A program made the translations under genes and the position numbers. From positions 1 through 56,999 of the forward strand of contig CANRBR010000001.1 of the NCBI GenBank assembly GCA_947628915.1: 56,999 nt of DNA, read 5' to 3'. The stretch comes from an uncultured Bacilli bacterium (GTDB lineage: Bacteria; Bacillota_I; Bacilli_A; RF39; UBA660). Positions 8,925 through 18,135 of the stretch are shown piece by piece (position 1 is the stretch's first letter; each line of letters starts with the position of its first letter). Below the pieces are notes generated by a model. That model was not told the origin of the DNA. It did no database searches and was given only the letters and a program-made list of their open reading frames with translations.

Positions 8925-9956
8925 ATGAAAACAGATGATTTTGATTACTATTTACCAGAAAATTTAATTGCGCAAACACCCCTAGAAAAACGAGATTCAT
9001 CTAAACTTTTAATACTAGATAAGAAAACTGGAGAAATAACACACGAACACTTCTCTAATATAATAAACTATTTAAATAAAGGTGATGTTTTAGTACTTAA
9101 CGATACTAAAGTAATGCCTGCTAGGCTTATTGGAGTTAAAGAAGATACTAATGCTGTAATAGAAGTATTGATGTTAAAAGAAATATCTAGGGATACTTGG
9201 GAGACACTTACAAAACCTGCTAAAAGAGTTAAAGTTGGTACAGTGATAAACTTTTCAGATGAATTAAAGGCTATATGTACAGAAGTAAAAGAAGAAGGTA
9301 TTAGGATATTTAAATTTATTTATAGTGGTATATTTTATGAAATATTAGATAGATTAGGTGAGATGCCACTACCTCCTTATATACACGAAAAGTTAAAAGA
9401 TAAAGATAGATATCAAACTGTGTATGCTAAAAATGTTGGTAGTGCGGCTGCTCCAACTGCTGGGTTGCACTTCACTCAAGACCTTCTTAGTAAAATAAAA
9501 GAAAAAGGTATAAAAATAGAATATATTACTTTACATGTAGGTCTTGGAACATTTAGACCTGTTAATGTAGAAGATGTAACTAAACACAAGATGCATAGTG
9601 AATTCTATTCTATGAGTAGTGAGACTGCTAAAGTATTAAATGAAGCAAAAAAAGAAAACAAAAAAATAATAAGTGTTGGAACTACAACTACTAGAACACT
9701 AGAGACAATAATGAGTTTGTATGGTGAGTTTAAAGAGTGTAGTGGATGGACAGATATATTTATATATCCTGGATACAAATTTAAAGCAATAAATTCTTTA
9801 ATAACTAATTTTCATCTTCCAAAAAGTACACTTATAATGTTAGTAAGCGCACTAGCAGGTAAAGATAATATTATGAGGGCATACAAAGAAGCAATAGAAA
9901 AAGAATATAGATTCTTCTCATTTGGAGATAGTATGTTTATACGTGAGGAGGATTAG
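8925..9956 (+). CDS. queA: S-adenosylmethionine:tRNA ribosyltransferase-isomerase
   Basis: [38 protein letters not shown] and [10 protein letters not shown]. The start was moved to the ATG at 8925, downstream of an extended -10 (tgctataat) and ggtga. Confidence 0.9.
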   Translation: MKTDDFDYYLPENLIAQTPLEKRDSSKLLILDKKTGEITHEHFSNIINYLNKGDVLVLNDTKVMPARLIGVKEDTNAVIEVLMLKEISRDTWETLTKPAKRVKVGTVINFSDELKAICTEVKEEGIRIFKFIYSGIFYEILDRLGEMPLPPYIHEKLKDKDRYQTVYAKNVGSAAAPTAGLHFTQDLLSKIKEKGIKIEYITLHVGLGTFRPVNVEDVTKHKMHSEFYSMSSETAKVLNEAKKENKKIISVGTTTTRTLETIMSLYGEFKECSGWTDIFIYPGYKFKAINSLITNFHLPKSTLIMLVSALAGKDNIMRAYKEAIEKEYRFFSFGDSMFIREED

Positions 9957-9957
9957 T

Positions 9958-10833
9958 ATGGTTATTTGTATAGTAGGACCTACTTGTGTAGGTAAGACAA
10001 AATTAAGTGTAGAACTTGCTAAAAGGTTAAATGGTGAGGTTGTTAATGCAGATAGTACTCAAGTATATAAAGAATTAGATATCGCTACTGCTAAAGTAAA
10101 AGAAGAAGAAAAAGATGGTATCCCTCATTATCTCTTTGATATAAAAGATATTAAAGATAACTATACTGTATTTGATTATCAAAAGGACTCTAGAAAAGTT
10201 ATAGATGACATACTTAATAGAGGTAAAACTCCAATACTTGTTGGAGGTACAGGATTATATATAAAGGCATGCTTGTATGATTATAAGTTTGAAGAAGAAA
10301 ATACTTTAAAAAACTATGAGGGTTATACAAATGAAGAGTTATATGAAATGTTAAAAAGCATTGATGAAAATACTTTAATACATCCGAATAATAGAAAAAG
10401 AGTAATAAGAGCCTTAAACTATTATAACAATACAAATAATACTTTAAGTAGTAAAGAAAAAACTAATAAATTATTATATGATACAGTATTTATAGGACTA
10501 ACTACTAAAAGAGATATATTATATGATAGAATAAATAAAAGAGTAGATAAAATGATTAGTGATGGTTTGCTTGATGAGGCTAAAGCGTTATATGATAGTA
10601 ATATAAGAACTAAAGCAGTTATGACTCCAATAGGATATAAAGAATTGTTTGAATACTTTGATGGGAATATTAGTTTAGATGAGGCTATAGATTTAATCAA
10701 ACAAAGAAGTAGAAGATATGCTAAAAGACAGTATACATGGTTTAATAATCAGATGAGTGTAAACTGGTTTGATGTAGACTTTGATAACTTTGAAAAAACA
10801 ATAGAAGAAGTATTAAAATTTTTGAATAAGTAA
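9958..10833 (+). CDS. miaA: tRNA dimethylallyltransferase
   Basis: P-loop GPTCVGKT, QVYKELDIATAK, LVGGTGLY. RBS gaggagg precedes the ATG at 9958, which follows the queA stop directly. Confidence 0.9.
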   Translation: MVICIVGPTCVGKTKLSVELAKRLNGEVVNADSTQVYKELDIATAKVKEEEKDGIPHYLFDIKDIKDNYTVFDYQKDSRKVIDDILNRGKTPILVGGTGLYIKACLYDYKFEEENTLKNYEGYTNEELYEMLKSIDENTLIHPNNRKRVIRALNYYNNTNNTLSSKEKTNKLLYDTVFIGLTTKRDILYDRINKRVDKMISDGLLDEAKALYDSNIRTKAVMTPIGYKELFEYFDGNISLDEAIDLIKQRSRRYAKRQYTWFNNQMSVNWFDVDFDNFEKTIEEVLKFLNK

Positions 10834-10892
10834 AGTGATTTACTTATTCTTTTCTTTATGTTATAATCACTATGTACACTAGGGAGGTAATT

Positions 10893-12080
10893 ATGAGAAA
10901 TGTCGGTACAACTGTTAGGGGTATTAGAACTCCAATAATTAAAGAAAATGATGATTTAGCTAGTATAGTGGTAGATTCATTAATGAAAACAAGTAAAAGT
11001 GAGAATTTTGAATTTAGAAATAGAGATATAGTAGCTATTACAGAAGCAGTAGTAGGAATTAGCGAAGGTAACTATGTAAGTGTAGATGATATTGCAAAAG
11101 ATTTACAAAATAAATTTCCATCTAAAAATATAGGTGTTGTATTTCCTATACTTAGCCGTAATAGATTTTCAATGATACTAAAAGGGATTGCTCGTGGTAT
11201 GGATAAAATTACTATGTTACTTAGTTTTCCATCAGATGAAGTTGGTAATGGAATACTTGATGAGGATAAACTAGATAATAGTGAGTATAATTTATCTAGT
11301 GTTGTAAGTGAAAGTGAATATGAAAAAACTTTTGGAGATTTTATTCATCCATTTACTGGAATAAATATGGTAAATTTTTATAGAGAGTTAATAGAAAGTG
11401 AAAACTGTAAAGTAGAGTTTGTATTTTCTAATGATCCAAAAACTATATTAAATTATACTAAAGATGTATTAACTTGTGATATACATACTCGTTTTAAAAC
11501 TAAAAAAACATTAGAAGAATCTGGCGCAAACTTAGTATACGGATTATATGAGGTCATGAATGAACCAATAAATGGTAGTGGATTTAATCCTAAATATGGA
11601 CTTTTAGGTTCTAATAAATCTACAGAGGAAAGACTAAAATTATTCCCTAAAACTGGCGATAAATTAGTAAGAGATATTCAAAATAGATTAAAAGAGTTAA
11701 CGGGTAAAACTATAGAAGTTATGGTATACGGGGATGGTGCGTTTAAAGACCCTGTGGGACATATTTGGGAATTAGCTGACCCTGTTGTTTCACCCGCCTA
11801 TACTGATGGCTTAAATGGTACTCCAAATGAGTTAAAATTAAAATACATATCAGATAATAAGTTCGCAGATTTAAAAGGTGAAGATTTAAAAGACGCAATT
11901 AAAGAAGAAATTAAAAAGAAGGATTCTAATTTAAAAGGAAATATGTTATCTCAAGGTACAACCCCTAGAAGATTAACAGACCTTATAGGCTCACTATGCG
12001 ATTTAACAAGTGGTAGTGGGGATAAAGGAACTCCAGTTGTATTTATTCAAGGATATTTTGATAATTTAGCTGATGAATAA
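10893..12080 (+). CDS. CofE-like (F420-0:gamma-glutamyl ligase family) protein with a long internal insertion
   Basis: RTPIIKENDDLASIVV...DIVAITEAVVGISEGN parallels the CofE block PLIKEGDDLAELI...VLVVCSTVISKAEG. The C-terminal GSGDKGTPVVFIQG parallels GEGGDGIPAVVVRG. About 395 aa versus about 250 aa for archaeal CofE. RBS gggagg. Confidence 0.55.
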   Translation: MRNVGTTVRGIRTPIIKENDDLASIVVDSLMKTSKSENFEFRNRDIVAITEAVVGISEGNYVSVDDIAKDLQNKFPSKNIGVVFPILSRNRFSMILKGIARGMDKITMLLSFPSDEVGNGILDEDKLDNSEYNLSSVVSESEYEKTFGDFIHPFTGINMVNFYRELIESENCKVEFVFSNDPKTILNYTKDVLTCDIHTRFKTKKTLEESGANLVYGLYEVMNEPINGSGFNPKYGLLGSNKSTEERLKLFPKTGDKLVRDIQNRLKELTGKTIEVMVYGDGAFKDPVGHIWELADPVVSPAYTDGLNGTPNELKLKYISDNKFADLKGEDLKDAIKEEIKKKDSNLKGNMLSQGTTPRRLTDLIGSLCDLTSGSGDKGTPVVFIQGYFDNLADE

Positions 12081-12164
12081 TTACTACTAAAAAACATAAT
12101 AAAAAAATAATAGATAGACTTAAAAGTTTATCTTTTTTGTGCTACAATATAACTTGGTGGTACT

Positions 12165-14378
12165 ATGCAGGATTATGTAAAAGGAATATTTAAACATACT
12201 ATATTTAAAAGTGATAAAGGATATGTAATAGGATTACTTAAAGTAGTTGAAACAAACATAATAGAGATGCAAGATTATGTAAATAAAGTTATAACTTTTA
12301 CAGGTTATTTTGCAGAGTTAAACGAAAATGAAAAATATATTATGTATGGAGAGATTACTAATCATCCTAAATATGGATTTCAATATAGTGTTAAAGAAAG
12401 TGAAAGAATAAAGCCGGAAGATAAAGATGGAATAGTAGAGTTTTTATCTAGTAATCTGTTTAAAGGAATAGGAGAGAAACTTGCAATTAGAATAGTGGAC
12501 ACACTAGGTGTTGACGCACTTAATTTAATTTTAAAAGATAAGACTTGTCTATATAATGTTCCAAAACTATCAGAAGATAAAATAAATATAATATATGATA
12601 CATTAGTAAAATATGAAGAATCACATGAAATAATAGTAAAACTAACTGAACTTGGATTTACTATGAAAGACGCACTTAATATATATAATACATATAAGAG
12701 TAATACTATTAGAATAATTGAAAATAATATATATAGGATAATAGATGATGTAGATGATATAAACTTTGCTAAAGTAGATGAAATTGCTTTAAAAAGTGAA
12801 GAAGATAAATATAACCTAAATAGAATAAAAGCATGTACTATATATATCATGAAAGAATTAAGTTTTAAAAAGGGTGATACATACTTATCTTATAGTGAGA
12901 TATATGAAGGTGTTTCATACTATTTAAAAAATGAAATAGATAGTGATATATTTGATAATGCGATTAGTGAACTAGATGGAGAATTTAAAATAAAAATAGA
13001 TGATGATAGATACTATATATATGAAGACTATGAAGATGAAGAATATATAGCTTCAAAACTAAATTTTTTAATTAATAAAGATATTAGTGAATATAAAAAT
13101 TTAGATGTTTTAATAAATGAGCTTGAGGGTAAATACAATATAACATATGGGGATAAACAAAAAGAGGCTATAATTAAGTCATTACAAAATAATATTACAA
13201 TAATTACAGGTGGTCCTGGAACAGGTAAAACTACAATAATAAAAGCTATAGTAGAGTTATATAAACTATTAAATAAATATAGTGAGAAAGATTTAATAAA
13301 TAAACTAGCTTTACTCGCACCAACAGGTAGAGCAAGTAAAAGAATGAGTGAATCTACACTTCTTCCAGCAAGTACTATACATAGATTTCTAAAATGGAAT
13401 AAAGATACAGATGAGTTTATGATAAATGAGTATAATCCTGATTATTCTAATCTTATAATAGTTGATGAGGTTAGTATGATAGATTCAAGACTTATGAGTA
13501 GTTTACTTAGAGGTCTTACAAACAATATAAAATTAGTACTTGTTGGAGATTATAATCAATTACCTAGTGTAGGTGCGGGAAATGTACTTAAAGATTTAAT
13601 AGAAAGTGATTTAATAGATGTAGTAGAATTAGATTTACTTTATAGACAAGATGAATATAGTTATATACCAGTACTTGCAAACGAAATAAAGAATGATACA
13701 TTAGATGAAGACTTTTTGAAAGAAAAAGAGGATTATAAATTCTTAGAATGTCCAAATGATTTAATACTTCCAAGTTTAGTAAATATAGTTAAAAAAGTTA
13801 TTTCTAAAGGGTATGACTATAAAAGAGTTCAAATAATGGCTCCTATGTATGCAGGAGTTAATGGGATAGATAATATAAATAAAGTACTTCAGGATGTGTT
13901 TAATCCAATTGATTTAAAAAAACGAGAAATAAAGTATGGAGATATTATTTATAGAGAAAACGATAAAGTATTACAGCTAGTAAATGACCCTGATAACAAT
14001 GTATTTAATGGAGATATAGGAGTTATTAAAGAAATAAACTATAAAGGTAAAAGTGGTAAACCAGAAATAACTATAGATTACGATGGTAATAAAGTTACAT
14101 ATACTTTAAAAGATTTTGTTAATTTTAAACATGGATTTATAATTAGTATACATAAAAGTCAAGGTAGTGAGTTTGAACTTGTTATAATGCCAATATCTTC
14201 ATCTTATAAAAGAATGCTTTATAAAAAACTAATTTATACTGGAGTTACTAGAGCTAAAAAAAGACTTATTATATTAGGTGAGGCAATGTCATTCATGTAT
14301 GGTGTTAGAAACAATAGTGAGATAACAAGAAAGACTAACTTAATAGAAAGACTACAAAATAATTTGAATAAAAAATAG
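12165..14378 (+). CDS. recD2: RecD2-type ATP-dependent DNA helicase
   Basis: Walker A GGPGTGKTT, Walker B IIVDEVSMID, LVGDYNQLPSVGAG, SIHKSQGSEF, YTGVTRAK. 737 aa. Confidence 0.88.
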   Translation: MQDYVKGIFKHTIFKSDKGYVIGLLKVVETNIIEMQDYVNKVITFTGYFAELNENEKYIMYGEITNHPKYGFQYSVKESERIKPEDKDGIVEFLSSNLFKGIGEKLAIRIVDTLGVDALNLILKDKTCLYNVPKLSEDKINIIYDTLVKYEESHEIIVKLTELGFTMKDALNIYNTYKSNTIRIIENNIYRIIDDVDDINFAKVDEIALKSEEDKYNLNRIKACTIYIMKELSFKKGDTYLSYSEIYEGVSYYLKNEIDSDIFDNAISELDGEFKIKIDDDRYYIYEDYEDEEYIASKLNFLINKDISEYKNLDVLINELEGKYNITYGDKQKEAIIKSLQNNITIITGGPGTGKTTIIKAIVELYKLLNKYSEKDLINKLALLAPTGRASKRMSESTLLPASTIHRFLKWNKDTDEFMINEYNPDYSNLIIVDEVSMIDSRLMSSLLRGLTNNIKLVLVGDYNQLPSVGAGNVLKDLIESDLIDVVELDLLYRQDEYSYIPVLANEIKNDTLDEDFLKEKEDYKFLECPNDLILPSLVNIVKKVISKGYDYKRVQIMAPMYAGVNGIDNINKVLQDVFNPIDLKKREIKYGDIIYRENDKVLQLVNDPDNNVFNGDIGVIKEINYKGKSGKPEITIDYDGNKVTYTLKDFVNFKHGFIISIHKSQGSEFELVIMPISSSYKRMLYKKLIYTGVTRAKKRLIILGEAMSFMYGVRNNSEITRKTNLIERLQNNLNKK

Positions 14379-14447
14379 ATTTTTATAAATAATATAAATG
14401 TATATATTAATTTATATACAAAGTCATATTTCTAGTGAGGTGATATA

Positions 14448-14600
14448 ATGAAAGTATTAAAGTCAATGGCACTTATTGCTGTTGGTGCAGGTGCAGTACT
14501 AGCTTACCAGAAATATAGTGAGCCAGTAATGGAGAAATTAGAAGACATAGCCGATGATGTAATGAAAAAGGCTAATAAAAAACTAGAAGATATGATGTAA
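14448..14600 (+). CDS. Unannotated small membrane-anchored protein (50 aa)
   Basis: RBS gtgaggtga precedes the ATG. It translates as MKVLKSMALIAVGAGAVLAYQKYSEPVMEKLEDIADDVMKKANKKLEDMM and is followed at once by a terminator hairpin. Confidence 0.5.
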   Translation: MKVLKSMALIAVGAGAVLAYQKYSEPVMEKLEDIADDVMKKANKKLEDMM

Positions 14601-14620
14601 GAAGCTTTATGCTTCTTTTA
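14599..14620 (+). terminator. Intrinsic terminator
   Basis: Stem aagaagc/gcttctt, loop tttat, then a T-tract. Confidence 0.6.
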
Positions 14621-14644
14621 ATTATAAAAAAATCCTGATTCGTT

Positions 14645-14674
14645 TTGTAAAAAAACACAGTTTTTTACTGTGTT
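14645..14674 (-). terminator. Intrinsic terminator of the CPBP protease gene
   Basis: 8-bp stem aacacagt/actgtgtt that includes the stop codon. On the - strand a T-run follows. Confidence 0.7.
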
Positions 14675-15384
14675 AATAACATTAAAAGTATTTGTAGTGA
14701 TATCATAATACCATTATGTATAAAGTGTAGTGACATAGGTACACATATATTTTTAGATTTAGTATAAATATAAGCAAATATAAATCCAGGTATACTATAA
14801 GGTATTATAAATAGTAAATCTACAATACTAGTATAAGAACTTACTACATGCATTGCTCCAAAGAATAATCCTGAGAAGAATATAAATAATAAATTTGTAT
14901 GAGCAAACATCTTTCTAAAAGATAATCTAAATACTAATTCTTCAAGTATTGGTGCGGTAAATACTGTAATTATAAATGTATAAATAGGTGCCTCACCAAG
15001 TAATGATACAATAGTTTCTTGATTTTGTGATATCTGTGTTGTAGTAAACATTGTAACAATTAAATTACTTATAAACATAAGTCCTATCATTAAAAACCAA
15101 TACTTTATATATTTTTTAAAATAAGTAACATTGTTTTTTAAAAAATCTTTTAAATTAGGAATAAAATCTTTTCTATATATATAAACTATTATGAGTGTTA
15201 GAAAAACTTCATATGAAATTAAATAAATTTGTTTTGCTACAAAACTAAGATTGTCATAATTAATTCCAAACAAACCTATAAAATCATATGAGTAAGAAGA
15301 CCCTATTAAATATAAAAATAGTACTCCAAATCCAGTAAGCATATTTCTAAAATCATAATTTTTTTCCTTTTCCACACTAATCAC
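14665..15384 (-). CDS. CPBP-family intramembrane glutamic endopeptidase (CAAX protease-like)
   Basis: Multi-TM protein with EELVFRLSFR and FFGAMHV motifs. The start is uncertain: the GTG at 15384 lies inside an aggtga and only about 8 nt after a tggtataat -10 element. Confidence 0.75.
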   Translation of the reverse strand: MISVEKEKNYDFRNMLTGFGVLFLYLIGSSYSYDFIGLFGINYDNLSFVAKQIYLISYEVFLTLIIVYIYRKDFIPNLKDFLKNNVTYFKKYIKYWFLMIGLMFISNLIVTMFTTTQISQNQETIVSLLGEAPIYTFIITVFTAPILEELVFRLSFRKMFAHTNLLFIFFSGLFFGAMHVVSSYTSIVDLLFIIPYSIPGFIFAYIYTKSKNICVPMSLHFIHNGIMISLQILLMLLTQ

Positions 15385-15427
15385 CTATATCATTATACCA
15401 TTTTTTTGAATAAATAATAAAAAAAGT

Positions 15428-15455
15428 TTGAAAAATTATAAAAGTATGATATAAT
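15428..15455 (+). promoter_or_regulatory. SigA-type promoter of the rimP-nusA-infB operon
   Basis: TTGAAA, 16-nt spacer, TATAAT with an extended TG (tatgatataat). Confidence 0.6.
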
Positions 15456-15470
15456 TAATTTGTTGCAAAC

Positions 15471-15493
15471 AAGAGTGGGATTTTCCCACTCTT
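15471..15493 (+). promoter_or_regulatory. Leader stem-loop upstream of rimP
   Basis: 9-10 bp perfect stem aagagtggg/cccactctt with a small T-rich loop. It lies between the promoter and the rimP RBS (ggaggt). Confidence 0.5.
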
Positions 15494-15513
15494 TAAGTTA
15501 GTTGGAGGTATCT

Positions 15514-15765
15514 ATGGAAATTGCAAAAAAAGTTAGAGAATTAATAGAAGGAAAAATACTTGAAAATGGTTATATTCTAGATGATGTATTATATGTTAAA
15601 GAAGATGGTAATAACTTTCTTAGAATAGTTATAGATAAGAAAGGTATTATAGATATCGAAGATTGTGTTACTGTGACACACTTGATAGACCCTATAATAG
15701 ATAGTATTGATATTACTGATAGTTATATACTAGATGTGTGTTCAAAAGAGAAAGGTTGTGAATAA
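15514..15765 (+). CDS. rimP: Short RimP (N-terminal domain only)
   Basis: Sits directly upstream of nusA. ILDDVLYVKEDGNNFLRIVIDKKGIIDIEDCVTVTHLIDPIID matches the RimP N-domain pattern. The ORF stops after 83 aa, 1 nt before the nusA ATG. Confidence 0.65.
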   Translation: MEIAKKVRELIEGKILENGYILDDVLYVKEDGNNFLRIVIDKKGIIDIEDCVTVTHLIDPIIDSIDITDSYILDVCSKEKGCE

Positions 15766-15766
15766 A

Positions 15767-16951
15767 ATGAACAGTAAAGAATTTGAAAAAGCATTAAAAT
15801 TACTAAAAGAACGCGGAATGGATGAAGACTATATATTTGACTCAATGGCTCTTGCTTTAACAAGTGCTTATAAAAAACAAACAGGCTTATCTAATGTTAG
15901 AGCAGAAGTAGATAAAGATAACTTCAATTTTAAATTATTTTCATTTAAAACAGTTGTATTAGATGAAAAACATAAAGAATCACTAGATGAAGATGAAATT
16001 CCAATGAAAGATGAAGAAATACTAACAGAAGAGCAGTTAGAAGATGAAGAGTTAGAAGATTTACCAGAAGAGTTTAGATATAGACCATTTAAATTTAATG
16101 ATAAGATACATATAACTTTAGAAGATGCTAAAAAGATAGACCCTGATATTAAAGTTGGAGAGACTATCGAAGAAGAAGTTACTCCCGGAGATTTCGGTAG
16201 GGTCGCTGCAGCAACTGCAAAACAAGTAATAATCCAAAAGGTAAGAGAAGCAGAGAGAAATAATATTGCAACAGAATTTGGAGAAAAACAAGATGAGATG
16301 ATGTCAGGTACAGTAGAGATGGAAGATGAGAAAAACTACTATATAAATCTAGGTAAAACTCAAGGATTACTTCCAAAGTCAGAAATAATACCTGGTGAAG
16401 AGATTAAGATGGGCTCTAATATAAAAGTATATATAAGTAAAGTAGATATCAATTCTAAAGGTGCGTTAATACTTTTAAGTCGTAAACACTTTGGATTTAT
16501 AAAAAGATTATTTGAACTTGAAATACCTGAGATTAGTGATGGTACTGTACTTATTTATAGTATTGCAAGAGATGCAGGTAATAGAACTAAAATAGCAGTA
16601 TATTCAGAGATTAACAATGTAGACCCAATAGGTGCTTGTATAGGAGAAAAGGGAAGTAGAATAGCAAACATACTAAAAGAATTAGGTAAAGAAAAAATAG
16701 ATATAGTTAAGTATTCTAAAGACCCAGTTGAATTTATCGAAAATGCTCTTGCTCCTGCTAAAGATTTAAGAGTATTCATACTCGATGAAAAGACTAAAGA
16801 GACTATGGTAGTTGTAAACGATGAAAACTTATCTTTAGCTATAGGTAAAAAAGGAATAAATGTAAAACTAGCTTCAAGACTTACACACTATAACTTAGAG
16901 ATAAAAACTATGGAACAAGTAAAGGAAGCAGGAATAAATATTCTAGAGTAG
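15767..16951 (+). CDS. nusA: Transcription termination/antitermination factor NusA
   Basis: VTPGDFGRVAAATAKQVIIQKVREAER (S1 junction), KH motifs GACIGEKGSRI and LAIGKKGINVKLASRLT. Start moved to the ATG at 15767. Confidence 0.9.
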   Translation: MNSKEFEKALKLLKERGMDEDYIFDSMALALTSAYKKQTGLSNVRAEVDKDNFNFKLFSFKTVVLDEKHKESLDEDEIPMKDEEILTEEQLEDEELEDLPEEFRYRPFKFNDKIHITLEDAKKIDPDIKVGETIEEEVTPGDFGRVAAATAKQVIIQKVREAERNNIATEFGEKQDEMMSGTVEMEDEKNYYINLGKTQGLLPKSEIIPGEEIKMGSNIKVYISKVDINSKGALILLSRKHFGFIKRLFELEIPEISDGTVLIYSIARDAGNRTKIAVYSEINNVDPIGACIGEKGSRIANILKELGKEKIDIVKYSKDPVEFIENALAPAKDLRVFILDEKTKETMVVVNDENLSLAIGKKGINVKLASRLTHYNLEIKTMEQVKEAGINILE

Positions 16952-16958
16952 GTGAAAT

Positions 16959-17213
16959 ATGAAGAAGATACCTTTAAGAACTTGTGTTATAACAGGTGAA
17001 AAATTAGAAAAGAAAGACCTTATTAGAGTAGTTAGAACTCCAAACCTTGATGTTATAGTCGATGATACAGGTAAGGCTAACGGAAAAGGTGCATATCTAA
17101 AAAAAGAAATAGATGTAATAAATAAAGCAGAGAAAAGTAAAATATTAAATAAAAAACTAGAAGTAGAAGTACCAGATGAAATCTATGATGAGTTAAGGAG
17201 TAGATGTGAATGA
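16959..17213 (+). CDS. ylxR: YlxR/RnpM (DUF448) RNA-binding protein
   Basis: PLRTCVITGEKLEKKDLIRVV...GKGAYL, in the conserved position after nusA. Confidence 0.85.
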   Translation: MKKIPLRTCVITGEKLEKKDLIRVVRTPNLDVIVDDTGKANGKGAYLKKEIDVINKAEKSKILNKKLEVEVPDEIYDELRSRCE

Positions 17214-17689
17214 AAAGAAGTAACTATTTATCTTGGGATGAATATTTTATGGCTATTGCTTTAATTTCAGCCGAAAGAAGTAAGGACCCTAATAGTCAAG
17301 TAGGTGCTTGTATAGTAGATGATGATAATAAAATAGTATCTATGGGATATAACGGCGCGCCTATTGGATATGACGATGATAAAGATATGATTTGGGAGCG
17401 TGAAGGACGTTTTTTAGATACTAAATATGCCTATGTATGTCACTCTGAACTAAACGCAATACTAAACTCTAAAATACCTGTTAGAGGGTGTAAATTATAT
17501 GTGACACTTTTCCCTTGTAATGAGTGTGCGAAAGCTCTAATACAGGCAGGAATAAAAGAAGTAATATATCTAAGTGACAAATACGATAAAACAGAAGGTA
17601 ATATAGCCTCTAAAAAAATGCTTAATACTTGCGGTGTAAAGTATAGACAATACGAGATGAAAGGTAAAGAATTAAAATTGGAGTTGTAA
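17210..17689 (+). CDS. dCMP deaminase (eukaryote/T4-like type)
   Basis: YFMAIALISAERSKDPNSQVGACIV, zinc motifs CHSELNAI and PCNECAKALIQAGI. Its ATG overlaps the ylxR stop (ATGA). Confidence 0.8.
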   Translation: MKRSNYLSWDEYFMAIALISAERSKDPNSQVGACIVDDDNKIVSMGYNGAPIGYDDDKDMIWEREGRFLDTKYAYVCHSELNAILNSKIPVRGCKLYVTLFPCNECAKALIQAGIKEVIYLSDKYDKTEGNIASKKMLNTCGVKYRQYEMKGKELKLEL

Positions 17690-17690
17690 A

Positions 17691-18119
17691 ATGACGGATA
17701 GAGAATATATGGATAAAGCTTACGAACAAGCAGAAAAGTCTTCTTGTTCAAGAATTAAAGTAGGCGCAGTATTAGTTAAAGATGGGAAAATAATTGCCCA
17801 AGGATATAATAATGTTACTGGCGGTATAAGAGACTGTAAGAATTTAGGATGTATTAGAGATACATTTAACATCCCAAGTGGGCAGAGAAGAGAAGTATGT
17901 AGAGCTATATGTGCAGAACAACTAGCAATTAGTGAAGCTGCAAGAAATGGTATAGAACTCGATGGAAGTATAGCTTATATAACTGATTTCCCTTGTCATA
18001 TATGTTCTAAACTACTTGTAAGTAGTGGAGTTAAAGAAATTGTATATGATAGATATTATGATGATGTATTATCTAGAAGATTTTTAGAGGAAGCAGGCAC
18101 ACATATTAGAAAATTATAG
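17691..18119 (+). CDS. Second cytidine/deoxycytidylate deaminase-fold protein (ComEB-like, CAE variant)
   Basis: [31 protein letters not shown]...[11 protein letters not shown] and [19 protein letters not shown]. It resembles B. subtilis ComEB but has C-A-E instead of H-A-E. It starts 1 nt after the previous stop. Confidence 0.7.
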   Translation: MTDREYMDKAYEQAEKSSCSRIKVGAVLVKDGKIIAQGYNNVTGGIRDCKNLGCIRDTFNIPSGQRREVCRAICAEQLAISEAARNGIELDGSIAYITDFPCHICSKLLVSSGVKEIVYDRYYDDVLSRRFLEEAGTHIRKL

Positions 18120-18135
18120 AAAGAGGGTGTTATTT

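Noticed and set aside
12380-12850. 156-aa antisense ORF inside recD2
   Set aside because: It lies opposite a helicase with intact motifs. Its composition is Ser/Ile/Leu-rich and low in complexity, and it has no RBS.
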